A DNA stretch of 64,000 nt, taken from assembly GCA_963822945.1 (NCBI GenBank), contig CAWGJO010000020.1, positions 128,001 to 192,000 of the forward strand. Direction: 5' to 3'. The stretch's first letter is position 1. Every line of letters starts with the position of its first letter. The DNA comes from an uncultured Gemmatimonadaceae bacterium (GTDB lineage: Bacteria > Gemmatimonadota > Gemmatimonadetes > Gemmatimonadales > Gemmatimonadaceae). Below, piece by piece: positions 47,128 through 57,816 of the stretch. The notes beneath the pieces are model-generated. The model did no database searches, was not told where the DNA came from, and saw only the letters and a list, made by a program, of their open reading frames with translations. Both the position numbers and the translations under genes were made by a program.

Positions 47128-48147
47128 ATGGCTACCAAGAAGAAAACCGAGTCGAAATCCGACGCCGCGCTGCATCAGGAACTGCTCCAGAGCATGCTCC
47201 TTCAACGCCGCTTCGAAGAGCGGGCCGCCGAGGCCTACGCGCTCGGGAAGATCGGCGGCTTCTGCCATCTGTACGTCGGCCAGGAGGCGGTGAGCACCGG
47301 CACCCAGTCGGTCCTGCGCCCCGACGACTACGTGATCACCACCTATCGCGACCACGGCCAGGCACTCGTCCGCGGCATCACTCCGCGCGCCGTGATGGCC
47401 GAGCTGTTCGGGCGCGTGGACGGGTGCGTGCACGGCAAGGGCGGCTCGATGCACATGTTCGACAAGGGCCTGAACTTCCTCGGCGGCCACGGCATCGTGG
47501 GCGGGCACATCCCGATCGCCACCGGCGTGGGTTTCGCCATCAAGTACCGGGGCGGCGATCAGGTGTGCGTCTGCTTCATGGGCGAGGCGGCCGTGAACGG
47601 CGGCGCGTTCCACGAGTCGCTGAACATGGCCGGCCTCTGGAAGCTGCCGGTGGTGTACGTGATCGAGAACAACCGCTACGGCATGGGCACCGCCATCGAA
47701 CGCGCCTCGTCGATCAAGGACCTCTACAAGCGCGGCGCGTCGTACAACATTGCCGACGACACGGTGGACGGCCAGGACGTGCTCGCCGTGCGCCGGACCA
47801 TGGCCCAGGCCGTCGAGCGCGCACGCAGCGACCAGACGGCCTCGCTCATCGAAGTCCAGACGTATCGCTACGTCGGCCATTCGATGTCGGACGCCGCCAG
47901 CGGCACGTACCGCACCAAGGCGGAACTCGAGGAATACGAGAAGCGGGACCCCATCAACCTCTTCCGCGCCGTGATGCAGAAGGAAGGCAGTCTCACCGAC
48001 GCCGACTTCGAGAAGATGGACGAAGACACGAAGGCGGTGATCCAGGACGCCTGGGACTTCGCGGACAACAGCCCCGAACCGCCCATCGAAGCGCTGTACG
48101 AGCACGTCCTCGCCGAGAGCGAGTCCGACGTCATGGTGGAGGCCTGA
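47128..48147 (+). CDS. pdhA: Pyruvate dehydrogenase E1 alpha
   Basis: GFCHLY.GQEA, YRDHG, GKGGSMH, GEAA..ENNRY TPP motif, YVGHSMSD. Confidence 0.96.
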   Translation: MATKKKTESKSDAALHQELLQSMLLQRRFEERAAEAYALGKIGGFCHLYVGQEAVSTGTQSVLRPDDYVITTYRDHGQALVRGITPRAVMAELFGRVDGCVHGKGGSMHMFDKGLNFLGGHGIVGGHIPIATGVGFAIKYRGGDQVCVCFMGEAAVNGGAFHESLNMAGLWKLPVVYVIENNRYGMGTAIERASSIKDLYKRGASYNIADDTVDGQDVLAVRRTMAQAVERARSDQTASLIEVQTYRYVGHSMSDAASGTYRTKAELEEYEKRDPINLFRAVMQKEGSLTDADFEKMDEDTKAVIQDAWDFADNSPEPPIEALYEHVLAESESDVMVEA

Positions 48148-48151
48148 GCCG

Positions 48152-49133
48152 ATGCCCATCATCACGTATCGCGACGCACTGCACGACGCACTGCAGGAGG
48201 AGATGCAGCGGGACGACCGCGTGTTCCTGATCGGCGAGGAAGTGGGCGTCTACAACGGCGCGTACAAGGTCTCCAAGGGACTGCTCGAGGAATTCGGCGA
48301 GATGCGCGTGGTCGATACGCCGATCACCGAACTCGGGATTCGCCGGCCTCGGCGTGGGCTCGGCCATGGTCGGTCTCCGCCCGATCGTGGAGTTCATGAC
48401 CTGGAACTTCGCCCTCCTCGCGCTCGACCAGGTGGTGAACGTCGCCGCCAAGATGCTCTACATGTCCGGCGGCCAGTTCAACATCCCCATCGTGTTCCGC
48501 GGACCGAATGGCGCGGCGCTCCAACTCGCCGCCCAGCATTCGCAGGCGTGGGAGTCGTGGCTCGCCCACATTCCGGGGCTCAAGGTCATCGCGCCCGGCA
48601 CTCCGTACGACGCCAAGGGCATGCTCAAGAGCGCGATTCGCGACGAGAACCCGGTGTGCGTGCTCGAAGGCGAGATGCTCTACAACATCAAGGGCGAGGT
48701 GCCGGACGGCGAGTATCTGGTGCCGCTCGGCAAGGCCGACCTGAAGCGCGAGGGCGAGCACTGCTCGATCATCACCAGCGGCAAGATGGTGCACGTGGCC
48801 CTCCAGGCCGCCGAACGCCTTGCCAAGGACGGCATCAACGTGGACGTGGTCGACCTCCGGACCGTGCGCCCGATGGACGTCGAGGCGATCGGGGAGTCGG
48901 TGAAGAAGACCAATCGGGCCGTCGTGCTCGAGGAAGGGTGGGAGATTGCGGGCATCGGCGCGCAGGTGGTGGATTACATCCAGCGCGATTGCTTCGACTA
49001 CCTGGACGCCCCCGTGATTCGGGTGCACCAGGCCGACGTGCCGATGCCCTACGCGAAGAATCTCGAAAAGGCGGCCAAGCCCGACGCGGCCAAGACCATC
49101 GCCGCCGTCCGGAAGGTCATGTATCTCGACTGA
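48152..49133 (+). CDS. pdhB: Pyruvate dehydrogenase E1 beta (apparent +1 frameshift at ~48335-48337)
   Basis: [18 protein letters not shown] is split across frames; EFMTWNF, QHSQ, PMPYA. Confidence 0.95.
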
Positions 49134-49185
49134 GTGGTCGGGGGCGGCAGCCCCCGATCCGAGCATCCCATTACCTGGTGTAGTC

Positions 49186-50457
49186 ATGGCAACGAAAGTC
49201 TTCATGGAAGCGCTCTCTCCCACCATGGAGGAGGGACGCCTCGTCAAATGGCTGAAGAACGAAGGCGACGCCGTGAAGAGCGGCGACGCGCTGGCCGAGG
49301 TCGAAACCGACAAGGCGATCATGGAACTGGTCGCGCGCGGCGACGGCATCCTCCGCAAGCGCCTGGCGCAGGAGGGCGACGCGCGGCCGGTGGGGTCGCT
49401 GGTCGGCGTGATCGCGGCCGCGGACGAGAACATCGATGCTCTGATCGCGGGAGCGGCGACTCCCGCCGCACCAGCTCCGGCACCAGTCGCCGCCGCGTCG
49501 ACGGCTCCGCCCGCCGCGCCCGCTACGCCGCCCGCCCCGGCCGCGCCGAGCGCAGCGCCCGCGCCCGCCACGGCGCCGGCGCCCACCGGCGACGGCACTG
49601 CCCCGCGGTCCTCACCGCTCGCCCGCCGGCTGGCGCGCGAGAACGGCCTCGACCTGGGCATCATCCAGGGGTCGGGCCCCGCGGGACGGATCATCAAGCG
49701 CGACGTCGACGCCGCCCTCGCGGGCGGGGCCGCGCGCCCCGCCGTCTCCGCGGGCGTGCCGGCCAGCCGGGAGGGCGACTACCGCGACGTCGCGCTCACC
49801 CAGATCCGCAAGACCATCGCCAAGCGCCTGGCCGAGTCCATCGGCCCCGTGCCGACGTTCTATCTCACCGCCGAGTTCGATCTCGAGCGCGTGGCCGAGA
49901 TGCGGGCCGCCATGGCCCAGATGGGCGACGCCTTCAAGGTCTCGTTCAACGACATCATCCTCAAAGCCGTGGCCACCGGCCTGGCCCAGCATCCCGAGTG
50001 CAATGCCCACTGGATGGGCGACCGCATCCGCTATTTCAACCGCGTGCACGTGGGCATGGCGGTCGCCATCGAGGACGGCCTGATCACGCCGGTGATCTTC
50101 GACGCCGACCGCAAGTCGCTGCGCGAGATCGCGGCCGAGTCGCGCGACCTCGCCAAGCGGGCGCGCGACCGGAAGCTCCAGCCGCAGGAGTACACCGGGT
50201 CCACGTTCTCGGTGTCGAACCTCGGCATGTTCGGCATCGATCAGTTCACCGCGATCATCAATCCGCCCGAAGCGGGGATCCTGGCGGTGGGTGCGGTGGA
50301 GGAGAAGCCGGTCGCGGTCGACGGCCAACTGCAGGTGCGCAAGCGCTTGCGGGTGACCATGAGCTGCGACCACCGCGTGATCGACGGCGCCACCGGCGCG
50401 AAGTTCCTGCAGACGCTGCGGCGGATGTTGGAGAACCCGCTGATGCTGGTGTACTGA
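49186..50457 (+). CDS. pdhC: Dihydrolipoamide acetyltransferase E2
   Basis: Lipoyl ETDKA, Ala/Pro linker, GSGPAGRI binding domain, DHRVIDG. Confidence 0.97.
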   Translation: MATKVFMEALSPTMEEGRLVKWLKNEGDAVKSGDALAEVETDKAIMELVARGDGILRKRLAQEGDARPVGSLVGVIAAADENIDALIAGAATPAAPAPAPVAAASTAPPAAPATPPAPAAPSAAPAPATAPAPTGDGTAPRSSPLARRLARENGLDLGIIQGSGPAGRIIKRDVDAALAGGAARPAVSAGVPASREGDYRDVALTQIRKTIAKRLAESIGPVPTFYLTAEFDLERVAEMRAAMAQMGDAFKVSFNDIILKAVATGLAQHPECNAHWMGDRIRYFNRVHVGMAVAIEDGLITPVIFDADRKSLREIAAESRDLAKRARDRKLQPQEYTGSTFSVSNLGMFGIDQFTAIINPPEAGILAVGAVEEKPVAVDGQLQVRKRLRVTMSCDHRVIDGATGAKFLQTLRRMLENPLMLVY

Positions 50458-50509
50458 AGACGAGGGGTGAAGCGACGCACCGCCGCTTCACCTCTCATGC
50501 TTTCACCCG

Positions 50510-51319
50510 TCACCCTCCGCCCTTCTTCTTGTTGGCCGGTGGCGGCTCCCGCGTCCAGATCACGATCGCTCCGCACGACTGGGCCTGCGCCGTCTGCAGT
50601 TCGACGGGGACCGTGGAGATGGACGTGTACACCTCCAACGCCTCGACGTCGTCGGGTGAGAAGTCGTCCAGATTGCCCGAGTAGTTCATGCTGTGGACGA
50701 ACATCTGCGGCACGCAGGGCCGCGCCCGCACGAACTGATTGGCGAACACCACGCGCGTGCCCAGACGCGTCCGTTGGATCTCGACGCCCGGCACGCGCCG
50801 CAGCAGGTCCGTCATCGACCGGACCTGGGACCGGACGATCTCCTGTCGCGTGAAGTAGACGCCCGAATCGTGGGCGCGGCGCCGCTCGAACGTGCTGAGC
50901 CACGGATGGGCCACCGTGTCGACGATGTTCTGCCGCGGCAGTTCGAATGCCACCGGCGAGAGCTCCAGCGTGACCCGTTCGATCCGTCCGGCCCGGAGCC
51001 TCGCGGTGAACGTTGCCGGCGCGTAGCCCAGGCGACGCACGGCCAACTGCACCAGGCCAACGGGGATGCTGTCGAACACGAACGTTCCGGAATCGTCCGA
51101 TACCGCCCGCCGGACGCGTGCCGGAAGCAGCTCGACGGTGGCGCCGGAAATCCGGGCGTTGACGCTGTCCACCACGCGGCCCACGAGCCGGGTGGTGCGT
51201 GCCGAATCCTGCGCGCGGCACTCTCCGCGGCCCGCCGATAGCAGCACCGGCACCATCGCCGCGACCACCCACCGCGGCCGCCATCCCCGGACCCTGACGC
51301 GCGCTACCGTTGCCGCCAT
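50510..51319 (-). CDS. Exported protein: carboxypeptidase-regulatory-like domain plus TonB plug-like domain, no beta-barrel
   Basis: GRVVD..GATV..SDDSGTF..VRRLGY; DLLRRVPGV..DDVEALEVY..CGAIVIWTR. Confidence 0.7.
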   Translation of the reverse strand: MAATVARVRVRGWRPRWVVAAMVPVLLSAGRGECRAQDSARTTRLVGRVVDSVNARISGATVELLPARVRRAVSDDSGTFVFDSIPVGLVQLAVRRLGYAPATFTARLRAGRIERVTLELSPVAFELPRQNIVDTVAHPWLSTFERRRAHDSGVYFTRQEIVRSQVRSMTDLLRRVPGVEIQRTRLGTRVVFANQFVRARPCVPQMFVHSMNYSGNLDDFSPDDVEALEVYTSISTVPVELQTAQAQSCGAIVIWTREPPPANKKKGGG

Positions 51320-51478
51320 GAGCAAACGCCTCCTCCCTGTACCCTATCGCGGGCCCAAATCGGCGGCAAGCAAGGGGTTGGTAAGTATCCTGGCGGTAGC
51401 CCCTCGGGGCGCCAACTCTGTATCTTGTGTCGGCAGGTCCGTTCCTCGACCCTCGCTCCCCTTTTCCGAATCACGAAC

Positions 51479-52886
51479 ATGGCATCCTTCGACGTCATCT
51501 TCCTCGGCGGCGGCCCCGCCGGTTACGTAGGCGCCATCCGCTGCGCCCAGTTGGGACTCAACACGGCGGTCGTCGAGCGCGAAGGCCTCGGCGGCACCTG
51601 CGTCCTCTGGGGGTGCATCCCGGCCAAGGCCCTCCTCGAGTCGGCCTCGATCTCCAACCGCGTGCGCCTGCACGCCGCGGAGTTCGGCGTCACCGTGGGC
51701 GACGTGAAGCTCGACTACGGCGTGGCCATGAAGCGCTCGCGCGGCGTCAGCAATCAGAACTCCAAAGGGGTCGAGTACCTCTTCAAGAAGCACAAGATCA
51801 CCTACATCAAGGGCACCGGGCGCCTGGCGGGCAAGAACACCGTGGCCGTGAAGACGGCCGACGGCAAGGAGGAGAAGCACCAGGCCGCCAAGGCGGTCGT
51901 GATCTCCACCGGCTCGCGCGTGCGCGGCCTCCCGCAGATCGGGCTCGAGCTGAACAAGACGACGGTGCTGTCGTCCGACGAGGTGCTCGTGCTCGAGAAG
52001 GCGCCGAAGTCGATGATCGTGGTCGGCGCCGGCGCGGTGGGGTGCGAATTCGCCGACGTCTTCAACGCCTTCGGCACCAAGGTCACCATCGTCGAGGTCC
52101 TGCCCCGCATCCTCCCCGTGGAGGACGCCGAGGCCAGCGCCGAGGTCGCCCGCGCGTTCAAGAAGCGCGGCATCGACGTGCTCACCGGCGCCAAGATCTC
52201 GAACGTGAAGGTCGGCAAGAACTCCGTGACGATGACCGTGGACGTCGGCGGCAAGAAGGAGCAGCTCGACGGCCGACAAGGTGCTGGTGGCCGCGGGCCG
52301 GGCGCCGAACGTCGAGGGCATCGGCCTCAAGGAAGCCGGCGTCCAGCTCAACGAGCGCGGCTTCATCAAGATCAACGAGCGAATGGAGACCACCGCCAAG
52401 GGCATCTTCGCCATCGGCGACGTGGCCGGTCCCCCGATGCTCGCCCACAAGGGGTCGCGCGAGGGCGTGGTGTTCGCCGAGATCATCGCCGGCCACCACA
52501 CGCAGGGGATGAACTACAAGAACATCCCCAACGCCACCTACTGTCACCCGGAAGTCGCGTCCATCGGGCTCACCGAGGAGCAGTGCAAGGAGCAGAAGCT
52601 CGACTACAAGGTGGGCAAGTTCCCCTTCTCCGCCAACGGCCGCGCCCGCACGTCCGGCGAGACCGAGGGCTTCGTGAAGATCATCCGCGACGCCAAGTAC
52701 GGGGAGATCCTCGGCGCCCACATCGTCGGCGCGCATGCCACCGAGCTGATCCACGAACTGGCCGTGGCCCGTGAGAACGAGTTCACGGTGGAGGAAGTGG
52801 ACCTGGCCATCCACGCGCATCCCACGCTTGCCGAGGCGGTCGCGGAAGCGGCCCTCGACTCGATGGGCCGCGTGATCCACATCTGA
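51479..52886 (+). CDS. lpdA: Dihydrolipoamide dehydrogenase E3 (apparent +1 frameshift at ~52270)
   Basis: GGGPAG, GGTCVLWGCIP, GAGAVG, HAHPTLAE; KEQL(D/E)|ADKVLVAAGR is split across frames. Confidence 0.96.
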
Positions 52887-52914
52887 CGCGGCACGTGCCG
52901 CGGGCGGCCGACCC

Positions 52915-53610
52915 ATGACATCCGATTCCCAACTCTGGGTCGTCCGCCTCGGCACCATGTCGTACGCCGAGGCGCTGGAGACGCAGCGCGCCGCCGCCCG
53001 GGCACGCATTGCCGGCGAGATTCCCGAAGACCTGCTGCTGCTCGTCGAGCATCCGCCGGTGGTCACGCTCGGCCGCTCGGCCAAGGACGCGCACCTGCTC
53101 GCGTCTCCCGCGCTGCTCGCGGCGCGCGGCATCGAGCTGTTCGAGGTCGAACGGGGCGGCGACGTCACCTTCCACGGACCCGGCCAGCTGGTGGGCTATC
53201 CCATCGTCGACCTCAAGCGCCACAAGCGCGACCTCCACTGGTACCTGCGGCGGGTCGAGGAAGCGCTGATCGCCGGATTGGCCGGTTACGGCATCGCCGG
53301 CGGACGGAACGAGGGATACACCGGCGTCTGGACCGGGGGACGCAAGATCGCGTCGATTGGCGTGCACGCCCGCGATTGGGTAACCTGGCACGGGTTCGCG
53401 CTCAACGTGTCCACCGACCTCGCGTTCTTCGACCTCATCGTTCCCTGCGGCATTTCCGGAGTCACGATGACGTCGATCGAGCGCGAAACCGGAAGTCCGG
53501 CGCCGATGGAGGGCGTGGAGCGCGCGGTGGCCGATGCATTCGGCCGGGTGTTCGACCTCGCAGTCGAGTCCCGCGGCGTCGAGGTGGTGAGCGCGCTCCG
53601 GTCGGCGTAA
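52915..53610 (+). CDS. lipB: Octanoyltransferase LipB
   Basis: EHPPVVTLG, RGGDVTFHGPGQLVGYP, KIASIG, HGFALN, PCG. Confidence 0.97.
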   Translation: MTSDSQLWVVRLGTMSYAEALETQRAAARARIAGEIPEDLLLLVEHPPVVTLGRSAKDAHLLASPALLAARGIELFEVERGGDVTFHGPGQLVGYPIVDLKRHKRDLHWYLRRVEEALIAGLAGYGIAGGRNEGYTGVWTGGRKIASIGVHARDWVTWHGFALNVSTDLAFFDLIVPCGISGVTMTSIERETGSPAPMEGVERAVADAFGRVFDLAVESRGVEVVSALRSA

Positions 53611-53718
53611 CACCCGAGGCGGAACGGCAGTTTCCGGACCATTTGCGGCTCCGCTTAACTTTCGACGTATCGGCCGCCTCTGCGGCCGCACCGCCTCTCT
53701 GCCTCGCCGCCTTCTGCC

Positions 53719-54363
53719 ATGCCCCTCCCTACGCACGACGTCCGAACCCGCGACCAGGCCAGGATTCCGCCCGGCCAGACGCGAACCGACAAGTGGCCCG
53801 TGCTGCACTACGGCAACGTGCCCGCGGTGGACCTCGCCACCTGGCGATTCGAGATCAGCGGCCTGGTCGAGCAGCCCCGGTCGTGGTCGTTCGACGAACT
53901 GCTGGCGCTGCCGCAGGAAGACACGCTCTGCGATATCCACTGCGTCACCCGCTGGAGCCGGCTCGACAACCGGTTCACGGGGGTGCCCGTGCAGACCCTG
54001 CTCCGGATGGTGCAGCCCAAGCCCGACGCCGCCTATGTGTTGATCCACGCCGAGCAGGGATTCACCACGAACCTGCCGCTGGCCGACCTCGACCGGCCGG
54101 GGAACCTGCTCGCCGCCTATCATGACGGAAAGCCGCTGACTCCCGACCACGGGTGGCCCCTGCGGCTGGTGGTGCCGCACCTGTACTTCTGGAAGAGCGC
54201 CAAATGGGTGCGCGGCTTCGAATTCCTGCCCGAGGACGAACCGGGCTTCTGGGAACGCAACGGCTACCACATGCGCGGTGACCCGTGGCAGGAAGAGCGC
54301 TACAGCGGATTCGACGTGCAGCAGTGGATGATCAACAAGTTCCGCAACGCCTCGAAGCGATGA
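53719..54363 (+). CDS. Sulfite-oxidase-family molybdopterin oxidoreductase (YuiH-like)
   Basis: PPGQ, DIHCVTRWS, HGWPLRL, YFWKSAKW, GFWE..GYH. Confidence 0.9.
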   Translation: MPLPTHDVRTRDQARIPPGQTRTDKWPVLHYGNVPAVDLATWRFEISGLVEQPRSWSFDELLALPQEDTLCDIHCVTRWSRLDNRFTGVPVQTLLRMVQPKPDAAYVLIHAEQGFTTNLPLADLDRPGNLLAAYHDGKPLTPDHGWPLRLVVPHLYFWKSAKWVRGFEFLPEDEPGFWERNGYHMRGDPWQEERYSGFDVQQWMINKFRNASKR

Positions 54364-54392
54364 CCATCCCCCGGCGTCGCTAGCCGAGCGCC

Positions 54393-56546
54393 ATGCCGCG
54401 CATCTACCCGCCCCGCCCCCGCGAGATCGCCCCGTCGACTCGCGACCTGCGCGCCGAGTTGAACGAGGAGCAGTACGCCGGCGCCTCGCACGGCACCGGC
54501 CCGCTGCTCATCATCGCCGGCGCGGGCACGGGAAAGACGCGCACGCTCGTGTACCGGGTGGCCCACCTCATCGACACCGGCGTGGCCCCCGAACGGATTC
54601 TGCTGCTCACCTTCACGCGCCGCGCCGCGGGGGAGATGCTCTCCCGCGCCGAACGGCTGGTGGGCTCCGCCACGGCGCGCGTGAACGGCGGCACGTTCCA
54701 CAGCGTGGGGCACCGCACGCTGCGCCGGTTCGGCGCCGCCGGCGGTCTCCCCTCCGATTTCACGATCATGGACCAGGGGGACGCGGTCGATCTGATGCAG
54801 CTCTCGCGCGCCAACCTGGGGTACGCGCAGAAGTCCAAGCGGTTCCCGAAGAAGGAGACGCTCCACTACATCTACTCCCGGCACATCAACACCGAGCAGG
54901 CCATCGACGAGATCCTCTATCAGGATTTCCCGCGGTTCGTGGACTACGTGGACGACATCACGCGGATCTTCGCGGACTACACCTCCCGCAAGACCGACCG
55001 CAACCTGGTGGACTACGACGACCTCCTGCTCTTCTGGGCGCTGCTGCTCGAACAATCGCCGGAGCTGGCCGGCCGGATCGCCGGCCAGTACGACCACATC
55101 CTCGTCGACGAGTATCAGGACACGAACCTGCTCCAGGCGCGCGTGCTGCGCGGCATGTGCCGCGATCATCAGAACCTGACCGTGGTGGGCGACGACGCGC
55201 AGAGCATCTATTCGTTCCGCGGCGCGAACTTCCGGAACATTCTCGAGTTCCCCAAGCAGTATCCGGGCACGCGGCTCGTGGCGCTGGAGCAGAACTACCG
55301 CTCCACGCAGCCCATCCTCGACGTCACCAATACGCTGATCTCCCGCGCCGAGGAGCGGTTCACCAAGAACCTCTGGACGGCCCGGGAGGGCGGCGAGAAG
55401 CCCTGGCTGGTGACGGCACGCGACGAGCAGCAGCAGACGCGATTCGTCGTCGACCGCGTGCTGGAATTGCACGAGATGGGGACGCCGTTGCGTGAGATCG
55501 CGGTGCTCTTCCGCGCCGGCTACATGAGCGCCGATCTCGAGATCGAGTTGACCAACCGGAAGATCCCGTTCGAGAAATGGGGCGGGCTCAAGTTCCTCGA
55601 GGCGGCGCACGTGAAGGACGTGCTTGCCTTCCTGCGCGTGGCGGACAACCCGCGCGACGAGGTGAGCTGGTACCGGATCTTCATGTTGATGCCGGGCATC
55701 GGCGACGTCACGGCGCGCTCGATGATCGAGAACATGGCCGAGCGGTCGTGGGATCCCGACGCGTTCACCCACTTCGTGCCCCCGCCGCGGGCCCGCGACG
55801 CGCACCAGTCGCTCGCCCGCCTGCTGCGCGTGCTCACCAGGGCCGGCGACGACGCGTCGGGGCTCGGCGAACAGATCGACGCCATCCGCCAGCTCTACGA
55901 CGGGATCCTCCGCGAGCGATACGACCGCCCCGAACCGCGCCTGGCCGACCTCGACCAGCTCCGTACGATCTCGGCGGGCTATCCGAGCCGCGGGGCGTTC
56001 CTGGCGGCGCTGGCGCTCGACCCGCCCTCCAGCACGCAGGACCTGGCCACCGGCTCCTCCGAGTCGGACGACGACGCCCTGATCCTGAGCACGGCGCACT
56101 CGTCCAAGGGCAAGGAGTGGGACGCCGTGTTCGTGATCTGGGCGGTGGACGGCTGGTTCCCGCTGGCCAGGGCCGCCGAGAGCGACGACGAACTCGAGGA
56201 GGAGCGGCGGCTGATGTACGTGGCGATGACGCGCGCCAGGAACCACCTGGCGGTGAGCTATCCGCTCAACGTGTATTCGTCGCGCCGGAGCATGGACTAC
56301 TCCATGGATCAGCTCTCCCGGTTCGTGGACCGGGGCGTGCGCGAGCAGATGGAACGCGTGGTGCTCGGCGAGGACGACAAGCCCGACGCCACGGCGGCGC
56401 CCGCGGTTCCGGAATCGCCCATCGACCTCCGGGCGCTACTGCTCGGCCGGTTCTCTCGTGGGAGCGGCGGTGGCAGCGGCGGCCCCCCGGACGGGAGCGC
56501 CGGCGGCAGCGGATCCGGTGGGGGCGGCGGCGCCTCCTCCGGCTGA
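54393..56546 (+). CDS. UvrD/PcrA-family SF1 helicase
   Basis: AGAGTGKT, TFTRRAA, DEYQD, GDDAQSIY.FRGA, NYRS, H.SKG.E, EERRL.YVAMTRA. Confidence 0.95.
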   Translation: MPRIYPPRPREIAPSTRDLRAELNEEQYAGASHGTGPLLIIAGAGTGKTRTLVYRVAHLIDTGVAPERILLLTFTRRAAGEMLSRAERLVGSATARVNGGTFHSVGHRTLRRFGAAGGLPSDFTIMDQGDAVDLMQLSRANLGYAQKSKRFPKKETLHYIYSRHINTEQAIDEILYQDFPRFVDYVDDITRIFADYTSRKTDRNLVDYDDLLLFWALLLEQSPELAGRIAGQYDHILVDEYQDTNLLQARVLRGMCRDHQNLTVVGDDAQSIYSFRGANFRNILEFPKQYPGTRLVALEQNYRSTQPILDVTNTLISRAEERFTKNLWTAREGGEKPWLVTARDEQQQTRFVVDRVLELHEMGTPLREIAVLFRAGYMSADLEIELTNRKIPFEKWGGLKFLEAAHVKDVLAFLRVADNPRDEVSWYRIFMLMPGIGDVTARSMIENMAERSWDPDAFTHFVPPPRARDAHQSLARLLRVLTRAGDDASGLGEQIDAIRQLYDGILRERYDRPEPRLADLDQLRTISAGYPSRGAFLAALALDPPSSTQDLATGSSESDDDALILSTAHSSKGKEWDAVFVIWAVDGWFPLARAAESDDELEEERRLMYVAMTRARNHLAVSYPLNVYSSRRSMDYSMDQLSRFVDRGVREQMERVVLGEDDKPDATAAPAVPESPIDLRALLLGRFSRGSGGGSGGPPDGSAGGSGSGGGGGASSG

Positions 56547-57608
56547 CACCCAGTCGCGCACCGCGCCGAAGGGATCGTCGGGGCGCGACTTGGCGAGCGC
56601 GATGATGCGCGCCACGGCCCGCTTCACGTCGCGGCCCTCGCGCTCGTACACCGCGTCGAAATCGTCGAGATCGGTGGTGTAGATGCGCTGCGCCAGCAGC
56701 GCGGCATTGCTCAGCCGCACGCGGCTGAGGTATCGGGTGTCGACCGTGCGCAGCTGCGGCCCGACGTCGTGGACCAGGATCTGGCGCGCACGCGCATACA
56801 CGGTGTCGTGGGCGGCAATCCGCTCGGCGCGGTCGTCGGGATGGGCGCGGTAGACGGAATCGATCGAGTGGTACACGTCGGTCCAGAACCGGGCCAGAAT
56901 CTTCTCGTCGTTCCAGCGCGCGGCCACGGCGCGCGCGGCCAGTGAATCGCCCCGCGACCGGAAGAAGCGCTCGGCGCCGCGCGCGCCGGAGAAGTTGGCG
57001 AACGACTCGTTGAACACCGCCTGCCCGCTGGCATAGAACGTGTTGTGCGTGAGCTCGTGGAACACCGTATTGGCAAGCTCCAGCGAGTCGTCCTCGAGCG
57101 TGGTGGAGAGCAGCGGATCGTTGAAGAAGCCCAGGGTGCTGAAGGCGGGCGATGGCCGGAGGTAGGCGTCGTAGCCGTCCCCTTCGAGCTGCCGGGCCGC
57201 GGCGCGAGCGGCGTCGAAGTCGAAGTATCCCTTGTACGGCACCCGGCCCACGATCGGGAACCACCAGGTGACCGGTTGCAGCCGGTCGCGGTAGGCACCC
57301 GAGAGCACCAGCACCAGCGTGTCGTGCGGCAGCTGCGAGTAGGTGGTGAAGCTCTGCTTGGCGGCGAGGCCGAGCGAGTCGGCCGCGAACGCCCGGGCCG
57401 CCAGCACGACGCGCAACTTGGCCCGGACGGCCGGCGGCGTGGACGGGTCGGCGATCATGGCGGCGATCGACTGGCGATGCCAGAGGATCTTCCCCTCCTC
57501 CCAGCCGGCGCGGAGGAGATACCGGCCGGTGGGAGCGATGAGGAGATAGCCGGCCACAGCGGCGACGACGAGGAGGACGAGGCGAATGAAGAAGCGGCGG
57601 ACGCGCAT
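56436..57608 (-). CDS. Putative zinc aminopeptidase (DUF2265-like)
   Basis: WWFPIVG.VPYKGYF, STLGFF.DP, HELTH...FNESFA zincin motif. Confidence 0.85.
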   Translation of the reverse strand: MRVRRFFIRLVLLVVAAVAGYLLIAPTGRYLLRAGWEEGKILWHRQSIAAMIADPSTPPAVRAKLRVVLAARAFAADSLGLAAKQSFTTYSQLPHDTLVLVLSGAYRDRLQPVTWWFPIVGRVPYKGYFDFDAARAAARQLEGDGYDAYLRPSPAFSTLGFFNDPLLSTTLEDDSLELANTVFHELTHNTFYASGQAVFNESFANFSGARGAERFFRSRGDSLAARAVAARWNDEKILARFWTDVYHSIDSVYRAHPDDRAERIAAHDTVYARARQILVHDVGPQLRTVDTRYLSRVRLSNAALLAQRIYTTDLDDFDAVYEREGRDVKRAVARIIALAKSRPDDPFGAVRDWVSAGGGAAAPTGSAAAGAPVRGAAAATAAPTREPAEQ

Positions 57609-57816
57609 GGAGTAGCGGTGGCAAGTGAAGCGAGCAGGCGGACGACTGCGAGCTCAGGGTGATCGGCGGCCAGTCACCAGACCGCCGTGTAACCGGACGA
57701 CCGTGAACCGTCGACCGATCACTCTGAACTAATAGTTATCCAGTTACGCGCCAAGGAGTTACTTGGTTTCCCGGCGCCTTTGGCGCCCCCTGAGCGCCGG
57801 AGCTATCTTACGCCCA

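Noticed and set aside
48152..52886. pdhB and lpdA as pseudogenes
   Set aside because: Each has only one lesion with fully conserved halves, and the same error type recurs in essential ligA
57725..57765. AT-rich patch with a DnaA-box-like TTATCCAGT
   Set aside because: A single 7/9 match in a divergent promoter region; not enough for an origin or DnaA site
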